DNA from: an uncultured virus (IMG/VR IMGVR_UViG_3300011693_000001) | Lineage: Duplodnaviria > Heunggongvirae > Uroviricota > Caudoviricetes | Virus record (IMG/VR): IMGVR_UViG_3300011693_000001 | Span: 62,001-126,000 of that record | Reading direction: 5' to 3' (one strand) | Length of the DNA stretch: 64,000 bases | Shown: piece after piece, positions 46,354-54,401 of the stretch | Position numbering within the stretch: position 1 is the first letter of the stretch | Layout of the letters: every line of letters starts with the position of its first letter | Position numbers and translations under genes: made by a program | Notes under the pieces: generated by a model | Databases searched by the model: none | Told to the model about the DNA's origin: nothing | The model's input: the letters and a program-made list of their open reading frames with translations, nothing else

Positions 46354-47175
46354 ATGTATTACGTCTACGTTCTTCTTGATCCTAGGCGACCCGGTAACTT
46401 TCGATTCGGTAAGTGGAAATTCGACTACGAACCTTTCTATGTTGGAAAGGGTACAAAAGATCGAGCGATATGCCACTGGCGTTCTTTCATAAACCATTTG
46501 GATAATCCTAGCTACGTACATCGTAAGCATAATCCATTGAAAGATAAGCGGTTTCAACATCTCTATAAAGCTGGTGTTGAGCCAATAGTAGTGATAAAGA
46601 AGCGGAATCTTACAGAAGAAGAATCTTGCTTAATTGAAACTGCGCTGATCGAAACTATAGGTCGTGTTAGATATGGTGGTCCTCTGTTGAATTTAGCCGC
46701 TGGCGGTAAAGGTGGCGGTAGTATGCTTGGTAGAAAACATTCTGCTGAATCTATTGAAAAGAACAGAGAAAGCAATAAGCAAACATCTGCAAGAATTGAT
46801 CCTCAGATCGTAAAGAAACGCACTGCTGCCAGATTAGCTACTATGGCCGCTAAGAGCGACGCAGAGAAGTTGATCATATCTAATCAGAATAAGAACGCCG
46901 CGCAAACATTTTGGGATGGTCCCTCGGAAAAGGTGGAAGCTCGCAATGCGAAAGTGAGAGCCTACGCGCGAAACCGATACGCAACAATGAGTGAATCGGA
47001 CTTGGCTAAACTGCGGGCTAAACAAGCCGTAGGTCATATCACGAAGCATCTACCTGATCGGACAAAGGAAAAGATTAAAGCCGAACTCAAAGCATATATT
47101 GATCGTAGCTCAATCACTAGCGTAGATAAGTTATGTAAGATGGTGCGGAATCGGTTTTATCGGATGGTTTCTTAA
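46354..47175 (+). CDS. GIY-YIG homing endonuclease (LEM-3-like) with NUMOD3-like motif
   Basis: YYVYVLLDPR...PFYVGKG..R, E..LI, LLNL; GRKHSAESIEK; start reassigned to ATG 46354 after the GGGAG SD. Confidence 0.88.
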   Translation: MYYVYVLLDPRRPGNFRFGKWKFDYEPFYVGKGTKDRAICHWRSFINHLDNPSYVHRKHNPLKDKRFQHLYKAGVEPIVVIKKRNLTEEESCLIETALIETIGRVRYGGPLLNLAAGGKGGGSMLGRKHSAESIEKNRESNKQTSARIDPQIVKKRTAARLATMAAKSDAEKLIISNQNKNAAQTFWDGPSEKVEARNAKVRAYARNRYATMSESDLAKLRAKQAVGHITKHLPDRTKEKIKAELKAYIDRSSITSVDKLCKMVRNRFYRMVS

Positions 47176-47266
47176 TTAGATCGCGTGAGGCTGATGAAGG
47201 AGTAGCGCCCGACTGATTCGCTTCACGCAGTCACTTGCAATCCGGATAAGTGTTAGCGAGGATATC

Positions 47267-47782
47267 ATGGATAAAGTCAAAAATTGTTTGGCTGTAGCCT
47301 GCCTCGCTTATGGTCGCGGCGATACCGAAACTGCAATTCGTGCTTTCCTTCAAGGTATGGAAGCATGTGGGCAAGAAGGTTTAGAACAGGTGGTGCAGTT
47401 CTTGCGTCCGCCTGTCGCTGCTATCAACAGCGATGTTCCTGCTGCTGAAAATACACTCGCACCTGCTCTTCACACGGCGGACAACGTTAACTCCATTGGT
47501 ATTAAAAAGCCGGTTGAATCTAACCCGGTAGTTACTCCAGTGAGTGAACCTGTTCCGTCTACAATTACCTCGTTGAGTAGTTCTTTACTTGACGATGGTG
47601 ATGAAGAGTTTGAATCGCGGGCAGAAGCCGAAGATGACCTTGACGAAGACGACGAACTCGAAGACGAGGACGAAGACGACGAAGAGGAATCGGAAGAGGA
47701 TGAGGACGAAGGTAGTGGTTTCCAACTGTCTATCTCGTCGGCAACTCCTGTACGACTGAAAAAGGTCGAAAAACAGAAGTAA
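47267..47782 (+). CDS. Acidic hypothetical head-associated protein
   Basis: GAGG SD; D/E tract; located downstream of the MCP. Confidence 0.65.
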   Translation: MDKVKNCLAVACLAYGRGDTETAIRAFLQGMEACGQEGLEQVVQFLRPPVAAINSDVPAAENTLAPALHTADNVNSIGIKKPVESNPVVTPVSEPVPSTITSLSSSLLDDGDEEFESRAEAEDDLDEDDELEDEDEDDEEESEEDEDEGSGFQLSISSATPVRLKKVEKQK

Positions 47783-48519
47783 TGGCACAGAAAAACGCTA
47801 TTGGTATCTCTGCCAGTGGCGTTTTTCTGCATCTAGGGTCGAAAATCATGTTCATCAAATACGCCGAAAATGCTACCGATGTAAGTTTGCCTGCGATGGC
47901 GCTGTATGGCTTTCGTAAGATTCTTGAAGGGCACCTGCAAAAAACGCACTTCCCTAAAAAGAGTCTACCAATCGTATTCACCGAAAACCGCAAGCAGATT
48001 CTTAATATCGAGCAGTGGCGGAAAGATGGATATGATTGCGCGTATCCTTTCCCGTTCGTTGAAATCAATTCTCTTACGGGTGATCTTACGGATGCCTCAA
48101 TCGTAGGTAATCCGAGGATGGCTTTGAAACGACACGGCACTGGATATGGCGGAGTTACCAACGCAACCATATTGAAAAACTTCCTAATCGATCTTCAGTT
48201 TGATTTAACCTTTCATTTTATGACTGATGATCCGATGAGCGCTGTAGCTCTAGCCAACGACGTTATCATCATGGCGAAAGCCGACGTGTTTACTTCACAG
48301 ATTCGTGATGATTTCGGTGAACGTCTGTTGAGTATTTCCGCAGATACAACCATTAGTTGGCCTAAGCCTGCTTTGGAAGATGGTGCAGCTCCCGGTGTTT
48401 TCGATCTGGAAATTCCATTCCGTCTACGCTTCAAATCTGGTAGTCAGAAGCACGTACCTAAGATCAATAATCAAGGTCGTGTTGATGTAGGCGTAACGCC
48501 ATCGGAGAATAACCAATGA
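47782..48519 (+). CDS. Putative neck / tail-completion protein
   Basis: Position between head and sheath genes; YPFPF motif; function inferred. Confidence 0.45.
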   Translation: MAQKNAIGISASGVFLHLGSKIMFIKYAENATDVSLPAMALYGFRKILEGHLQKTHFPKKSLPIVFTENRKQILNIEQWRKDGYDCAYPFPFVEINSLTGDLTDASIVGNPRMALKRHGTGYGGVTNATILKNFLIDLQFDLTFHFMTDDPMSAVALANDVIIMAKADVFTSQIRDDFGERLLSISADTTISWPKPALEDGAAPGVFDLEIPFRLRFKSGSQKHVPKINNQGRVDVGVTPSENNQ

Positions 48520-49916
48520 GTGATTTCAAACCGACGGAGCGCACAGTTGTCACCGAGACTAGAACATTCTTAGTAGATAAACACAGCAAAGCACCGATCA
48601 ATAGAGCGAATCAATCCGCTTATCTTGGTCTGAATGAGCTACAGGTTATCGACGTTAATGTGACGGATACGGAACACTATACCGCTCGCGTCAAGAAGCA
48701 CCTGACAATCGTAAGCCCTGAGCCTGTGCAGCTAACACTTACAAGTACCGGGCCTATTGTTCAACCAGACATTCCATCTACCGGTTACACCGATGCTGTT
48801 ATCGTAGCTAACGATTTCATTATCGGAGAAGACTTGGTAATAACCGTTGTTGATGACACACCGCTGCAAGCTATCACAGTGGTGATCCTAAACATCAGTA
48901 CGGGTGAAACAGAAAACATTACGTTGCTCCGACAGGACAATGTGTTCGTCGGACGTATCTCTACTTCTTTGGAAGGTGCATGGGCATCGTTCGACGGTAT
49001 TTTGCATCCGGCCAATGGTAACTCTATTAGTCTGATGTATGTAGACAATCGTAGTCAAGCAGGTAAGCCTAAACAAATTCGCGTGGACGTTAAGGCTATT
49101 TCGCCGTACACAGATGCTGTTGTTACTGCTCCTGCTATGTGTCGAGTAGGAAACCCGATAGGTATTGTCGTAGAGGATCGTGACTTAGATGATTCTATCG
49201 GCGAAGTAAGTGTGGATGTTATTGTCGCCTCAGATAGCGGCGTCACTAGTAGTTCACTGCAATTGATGCGAGCTGAACGCCCGTACGGTGTGGTCTTTGT
49301 CGGTAGTATCGATACTGCTGCTATGGGGTTGCAACCTAGTGATGAAGTTCAGTTCGTCTACAACGATCCAATGGATGCCAATGGTTTCCCTAAAACCATA
49401 GAAGCAGTAACTTTGATCGTACCTTACGCAAACACCGACAGCGAAATAGAAATACCTGAGTTCTGCGGTTACGGAAAATACTTTCTACGCCTCAGAGATT
49501 TCGATATCGCTGGCACTACTGTGCAGATGATTGCGCGCAATGAGCGTACGAATAAGTACATGGTTATCCAATGTAATGAAACCGCTTTGGGTTCCGGTGA
49601 CTTTATCGGTGAGCTTCTTTTATCAGAAGTCCAACAAGACGGTCATCTAGTGGTTTTACCCGACGATGTTATTCGCGTAACCTATGTCGATCAAAACACT
49701 AGTAACGGTAATAGTGCGTTAGTTGAATCACGGAAACCTTTCTGTGCAGCACCAGATGTTGTAGAAACGCCAGTTGTAGAAGAACCTGTATTTATCCCCG
49801 GTTCTATTGATATGGTAGTGGATGGTTTATTCACGCTATACGGTAGCTTTGTTGGGACCGTAACTATCAAAGCTATTTCTTCTACGGCTGTAAGGTGTAA
49901 CGTCATTGTTGCATGA
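48516..49916 (+). CDS. Virion protein with three internal beta-sandwich-like repeats
   Basis: Repeated I.V.D...E...L...G.F.G...D.I...Y.D units. Confidence 0.55.
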   Translation: MSDFKPTERTVVTETRTFLVDKHSKAPINRANQSAYLGLNELQVIDVNVTDTEHYTARVKKHLTIVSPEPVQLTLTSTGPIVQPDIPSTGYTDAVIVANDFIIGEDLVITVVDDTPLQAITVVILNISTGETENITLLRQDNVFVGRISTSLEGAWASFDGILHPANGNSISLMYVDNRSQAGKPKQIRVDVKAISPYTDAVVTAPAMCRVGNPIGIVVEDRDLDDSIGEVSVDVIVASDSGVTSSSLQLMRAERPYGVVFVGSIDTAAMGLQPSDEVQFVYNDPMDANGFPKTIEAVTLIVPYANTDSEIEIPEFCGYGKYFLRLRDFDIAGTTVQMIARNERTNKYMVIQCNETALGSGDFIGELLLSEVQQDGHLVVLPDDVIRVTYVDQNTSNGNSALVESRKPFCAAPDVVETPVVEEPVFIPGSIDMVVDGLFTLYGSFVGTVTIKAISSTAVRCNVIVA

Positions 49917-49923
49917 TAATTTA
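49917..49923 (+). promoter_or_regulatory. Putative late promoter TAATTTA
   Basis: Directly before the second sheath gene. Confidence 0.55.
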
Positions 49924-49951
49924 AACATAGGTTCAACTGGAGTTGCCTGAA

Positions 49952-51535
49952 ATGCCTTTGAATAATGGTGACAGTTCGTCTGCTGGTGTGTATACCGGCG
50001 AACGCGACAACAGCATTACAGCCCGTGGTATTCCTACGTCTATCGCTGGTACTGTTGCTCGATTAACACGTGGCCCTGTAATGGTGCCTACATATACAAT
50101 TCAAACAAATGAGCTTACTTCTATTTGGGGTAAAGCTGATCCACGTCGTAGCTTAATGCAGCATTGTATGTATCCGGTTCTTCAACAAACCGCAGCTTAC
50201 ATTGTCCGCGTTGCTCCGAATGCAATCTATGGTGGCCTTCGTATTACCACCGTAGATAACTTTGCAACTATCCAACAGTTCTCTTCCGGTGTTGCAAACC
50301 CGAAGGATATCATCTTTGACACTAATGATATTCTTGTTGTTTACGGTGCCAACCCCGGCTCTTGGAACAACGATCTTCGCGTTATCGCCTACCCTGATTC
50401 TGGTGATATCTCCGAAGAACAGTTTATCCTGCAAGTATACGAAGGTACTTCTCAAGTCCCGGTAGCTACTTACCGTGGTACGCTTTGGGAAAAGAAAGAC
50501 GGTTTTGGTCGACAGCTCTTCATTGAAGAAGTTGTTAAGAACAGTCCCTACATTCGTGTAATGGTTAACGAAGCTCACCCTCTGCTGACCAACATTAATC
50601 GTAACCTAGTGAACTCTGTTATCTCCGGTTCGCTTAGCGGCGGTGATGATGGTGAAGATGCTACCGATGGTGAACTGATGCAAGGTTGGGAACTTCTGGA
50701 AGACCCGGAAGAGCTTGATGTTAACCTGCTCGTTCAGTGTGGTATAGAGTCTACCGCTATTCAGCAACAGATGCTGCTTATCGCAGAAAAGCGCGATGAT
50801 TGTTTCGCTATTCTCGATGTACCTAGCGACCAGCAAGAAGCTCAGATGGCTGTGAACTTCCGCCGTAATACTCTGAACGTTAACACCTCGTATGGTGGTT
50901 TGTACTCTCCTGATATTCTGGTACGCGATCCGTACTCCGATGGTCAGTTGTATGTGCCTCCGTCCGGTGATATTGCAGCATCGTTTGCCAAGTCCGATAA
51001 CGGCTTCGGTATTCAATACGCTGCGGCTGGTATTGTTCGCGGTCAGATTCAACGCGCCTTGGGTGTACGTCATGTGTACAAACTCGGTCATCGTAATCTT
51101 CTGACTGACAACCAAGTTAACGCTATTCGTGTTATCTCTGGTGGTGGTATCTGTACGTGGGGTGTTGATACTCTGCAATCGTTCCGTAGTGCGCTTTCCG
51201 ATATCCCAATTCGCCGTATGATCAGTCACCTCAAGGTGAGTATTGCTCGTACTGCCGTTTCCGGTGTATTCGAACCTAACGACACTACTCTGCAACTTGA
51301 ACTGACTCGCATCGCCGATGGTTATCTGCGTCCGTTCTTGGCTCGCGGTCTGAAACGTTACGAAGTTATCTGCGATGAACGAAACAACACGCCTGAGCGC
51401 GTCGCCTCCGGTGACGTAATGCTGGACGTGTATATCTGGCCGACCTACGTGACCCGTCAGATTCACCTTAATGCAATCGTGCCGAAGACTGGTCAGGTGC
51501 AGTTCGCCCTTGATCTGATGTACGGCGGAAACTAA
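49952..51535 (+). CDS. Tail sheath protein (paralog 2)
   Basis: SAGVYTGERD, RGP, NPGSWNN, RDDCFAILD, SYGGLY, PPSG, IRR, FEPND, ICDERNNTP. Confidence 0.93.
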   Translation: MPLNNGDSSSAGVYTGERDNSITARGIPTSIAGTVARLTRGPVMVPTYTIQTNELTSIWGKADPRRSLMQHCMYPVLQQTAAYIVRVAPNAIYGGLRITTVDNFATIQQFSSGVANPKDIIFDTNDILVVYGANPGSWNNDLRVIAYPDSGDISEEQFILQVYEGTSQVPVATYRGTLWEKKDGFGRQLFIEEVVKNSPYIRVMVNEAHPLLTNINRNLVNSVISGSLSGGDDGEDATDGELMQGWELLEDPEELDVNLLVQCGIESTAIQQQMLLIAEKRDDCFAILDVPSDQQEAQMAVNFRRNTLNVNTSYGGLYSPDILVRDPYSDGQLYVPPSGDIAASFAKSDNGFGIQYAAAGIVRGQIQRALGVRHVYKLGHRNLLTDNQVNAIRVISGGGICTWGVDTLQSFRSALSDIPIRRMISHLKVSIARTAVSGVFEPNDTTLQLELTRIADGYLRPFLARGLKRYEVICDERNNTPERVASGDVMLDVYIWPTYVTRQIHLNAIVPKTGQVQFALDLMYGGN

Positions 51536-51548
51536 TTGGAGCGCTATA

Positions 51549-52055
51549 ATGCCGAAGCCAAATTATGACGACGTACAGTCGATCAAAGACCCAATGTTGA
51601 ACGATAACTTCGACATTACATTCCCGAACATTCCGGGCGGTGGTGATGGTCGTGCTCTACGTCTGCAATGTAAGACAGCAGTAAAGCCGGGTACTACTCT
51701 GGCAGAAGTCGAAGTTGAACTGTTCGGCCACAAGTTGATGCACGCTGCTCGCCGCACGTGGAGTAACGAAGTGTCCATCGAGTTCATCGAAGACAACACC
51801 GGTACTATCACTCGTGCTCTGGAAGCATGGGCTGAAATTACCCGCCGCACTCGTACTCAACACGGTGAATTTAAATCTACCTACGCTGTTGATGCTGTTA
51901 TGCGGATTTACGATCAGCCCGGTAACGTAGTGATGACGTATACGCTTCGTCGTTGCTGGCCGAGCCAAGTTCCTGATCTGTCCTTCGATGGTAGTGGTGG
52001 TGCCATCATTACTCTCGGTGCCTCGTTCAAGTTTGATATCGTCGAGCGCACTTAA
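51549..52055 (+). CDS. Tail tube protein (T4 gp19-like)
   Basis: Follows the sheath gene; YDQPG...CWPSQV..LSFD. Confidence 0.85.
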   Translation: MPKPNYDDVQSIKDPMLNDNFDITFPNIPGGGDGRALRLQCKTAVKPGTTLAEVEVELFGHKLMHAARRTWSNEVSIEFIEDNTGTITRALEAWAEITRRTRTQHGEFKSTYAVDAVMRIYDQPGNVVMTYTLRRCWPSQVPDLSFDGSGGAIITLGASFKFDIVERT

Positions 52056-52062
52056 TACAAAT

Positions 52063-52097
52063 GGCCCCGTTGGAGTTTCGACTTCACGGGGCTTTTT
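52063..52097 (+). terminator. Rho-independent terminator
   Basis: GGCCCCGT..GGAGT-TTCG-ACTTC-ACGGGGCT plus T run. Confidence 0.8.
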
Positions 52098-52115
52098 CGT
52101 TTGGAGTACAGCATC

Positions 52116-52628
52116 ATGGCTATGGGGATTGATTTTGACGAATTCCTAAATAACCGAAGTGGCGACCGCGAACCGCTGCTTAGTTTTAAGTGGTTGTGTA
52201 CTGAACTCCCGTTTGGCTTCGAAAAGAAGTACGTTGAATCAGTTGATCTTCCGTTTCCATCTATCAACATTAAGCAAGGTTTATTCGGCGCTGGTACGTT
52301 CACTTACTACCCCGGCTTCGAAGAAATCTCCGCTTTCGATATGCAGTTCTACGAAGACAGTAGAGCACGCACGTTGAAGTGGTTGAAAGGCTGGAAAGAG
52401 AAAATTCGTGATCCGCGCAACGGTGCGTTCTACCTACCAACCAATTACAAATACGATATAGGTTTTCATCTGCTAGATACTACAGGTAGACCTATTCTGA
52501 AAGCTACATGTCTTAACTGCTGGCCGACCACCAAAGGAAATTGGTCTTTGAACTATCAAGGTGGCGGTGAAGCACTTAAGGTACATCAAAACTTCTCAAC
52601 CGACGGCCTAGAATTAGAATGGCTCTAA
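52116..52628 (+). CDS. Tail tube-like protein (second tube-fold paralog)
   Basis: FYED...W...YK...LLDTTG...NCWPT. Confidence 0.7.
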   Translation: MAMGIDFDEFLNNRSGDREPLLSFKWLCTELPFGFEKKYVESVDLPFPSINIKQGLFGAGTFTYYPGFEEISAFDMQFYEDSRARTLKWLKGWKEKIRDPRNGAFYLPTNYKYDIGFHLLDTTGRPILKATCLNCWPTTKGNWSLNYQGGGEALKVHQNFSTDGLELEWL

Positions 52629-52639
52629 GGGGAACAACC

Positions 52640-53413
52640 ATGCACATCGAACTTCCTTCTCGTTATATCCCGTACAACTTTAAAACGGTAACTCTTCTTC
52701 CGTTCTCCCCTCTGTGTATTCCTCCTATGGCACGTTGCGTAGAGAACGACGATCTGCAACCTCTGCTAGATGCTGTCGGCCGTTGCATAGACGTAGATGT
52801 TAATCAACTTACCGAAGGCGATTTCTACTACGTACTTACCATGATGCGTCTGCATGCATTTAAGCGTAATCCTCTTGTAGCTCGTTGGACCTGTAACGGC
52901 GGCATGGTATTCCGCCGTATGGATACCAATGAAGTATGGTCTGAAGAAGAAATGAATGCCTATGTGAAAATGTGGCATGAGGCAGAAGATCGTGAAGGCA
53001 TGGTTGACCCTGATACCATTCAAGTTGAACCGGAGCTGTGCAATCATCATAACGAAGAGAACGTAACAGATGAAAATCTGATCGTTCATTATCTTCCTGA
53101 TCCGCAAGAGAGTCCTTTCCAGCTGGAGCCTCGACTGGATTTCCCTCGCGCGCGTTTGATTCCAGAAGCTTACGAGCTATCTGATGATGAAGACCTCGGA
53201 CCTATGGTTCGTGTTGCTAAGTGGGTTCGTGCTGGTGATACCCTGATCGAGAAAATTGAACTGGTATCTCGTGATATGGACCTGTACGAAGCGGCACTCG
53301 AAGCAGAAAGAACTTACCGTCACGGCGTTACCAAATACGTTGTAAAAACATGCCGCGCTTGTGGTAACGATAACACCCTACAGATGGAAGTGTCGGCAAT
53401 GTCCTTCCTGTGA
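52640..53413 (+). CDS. Baseplate hub assembly protein (T4 gp26-like), paralog 1
   Basis: IELPS, LTEGDFYY..LR, FPR, CRACG. Confidence 0.65.
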   Translation: MHIELPSRYIPYNFKTVTLLPFSPLCIPPMARCVENDDLQPLLDAVGRCIDVDVNQLTEGDFYYVLTMMRLHAFKRNPLVARWTCNGGMVFRRMDTNEVWSEEEMNAYVKMWHEAEDREGMVDPDTIQVEPELCNHHNEENVTDENLIVHYLPDPQESPFQLEPRLDFPRARLIPEAYELSDDEDLGPMVRVAKWVRAGDTLIEKIELVSRDMDLYEAALEAERTYRHGVTKYVVKTCRACGNDNTLQMEVSAMSFL

Positions 53414-53420
53414 GGCGCGT

Positions 53421-54401
53421 ATGCTCCAAGATATCTACGCTGACCCGCGATTCAAGTTCATTGGTGATCTTCCCTCCGGTTCTTTTGTTTACGACTGGAG
53501 GGAACTCTACATTCGACCCTTCGATGTTATTGAACTTCCTTTGCTGTCTCTCGGTGCTCACGCTCGCTATAATGGTGTTACTCATTTGCTTCGTGCAGTT
53601 GATATCGTCATTAATCAAAACGTGCGTGAGCTTACCGACGGTGACTTTGAATTCATTCTTGGCTGGTTACGTAAATTCAGTTTCCCAGCCACTCCGCTAG
53701 TCGTTTCTTATCACTGTGATAATCCTATTTTTACGCTCCCTTCTGGTGCCGTTTATGTGGATGAAGAGAATCCGAAACCGGATTACAGAGCACAACGCGA
53801 TCTGAAACTTAAAGCTACGAAGTGTGATACCAGAAACAATGAAATCGTGCATAACGTACGTATGCAGATTGACGCTTTGGATGATGACTGGACCAATGAT
53901 GATCCTGAACTCGATCTTCCTCGCATGGCAACGTACAGCGACTATTACGAGCATGTTCAAGCTAAACCGGAATACCGTTTGCTAGGTATGGTTGCTCGGT
54001 ATGTAAAAGCCGGTACTACCTATCGAGAAAAGCTCGCTCTTATCGAGCAAGATGGTACTCCGCAAGAGCGCGCACGTGCCCTTGATTTGTACGAACGTGC
54101 CTACGCTCTAATGGAAAGATCGAAGCATGGGATTTACGAAACCATGACTTTGCGTTGCCGTAGCTGTGAGAATAAAGTTCCGTACACCGCTTATCCAAAC
54201 TACAGAACGTTCTTCCCTGAATCATCCGAGAAAGAAATCTCTGATGTTCAGTATAACTTAATGAGCCGTTTCCATACACAGCCAAATGATCGTATGCCTG
54301 CTATGAAGCTGCTATACCATCACTCGTGTCTGGTGCGTGACATTAAGGAAGAGGAACAGCGTCGTTCCACGCAACGTTCTGCTCAGCGAGGCAGAAGATA
54401 A
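53421..54401 (+). CDS. Baseplate hub assembly protein (gp26-like), paralog 2 with C-terminal extension
   Basis: LPSG, IRPF, LTDGDFEF..WLR, LPR, CRSC..FFP. Confidence 0.65.
   Translation: MLQDIYADPRFKFIGDLPSGSFVYDWRELYIRPFDVIELPLLSLGAHARYNGVTHLLRAVDIVINQNVRELTDGDFEFILGWLRKFSFPATPLVVSYHCDNPIFTLPSGAVYVDEENPKPDYRAQRDLKLKATKCDTRNNEIVHNVRMQIDALDDDWTNDDPELDLPRMATYSDYYEHVQAKPEYRLLGMVARYVKAGTTYREKLALIEQDGTPQERARALDLYERAYALMERSKHGIYETMTLRCRSCENKVPYTAYPNYRTFFPESSEKEISDVQYNLMSRFHTQPNDRMPAMKLLYHHSCLVRDIKEEEQRRSTQRSAQRGRR

Noticed and set aside
47183..47228. Hairpin containing CTGATGA (hammerhead-like core) after the GIY-YIG gene
   Set aside because: No downstream GAAA core or stem II/III arrangement; probably a simple stem-loop.
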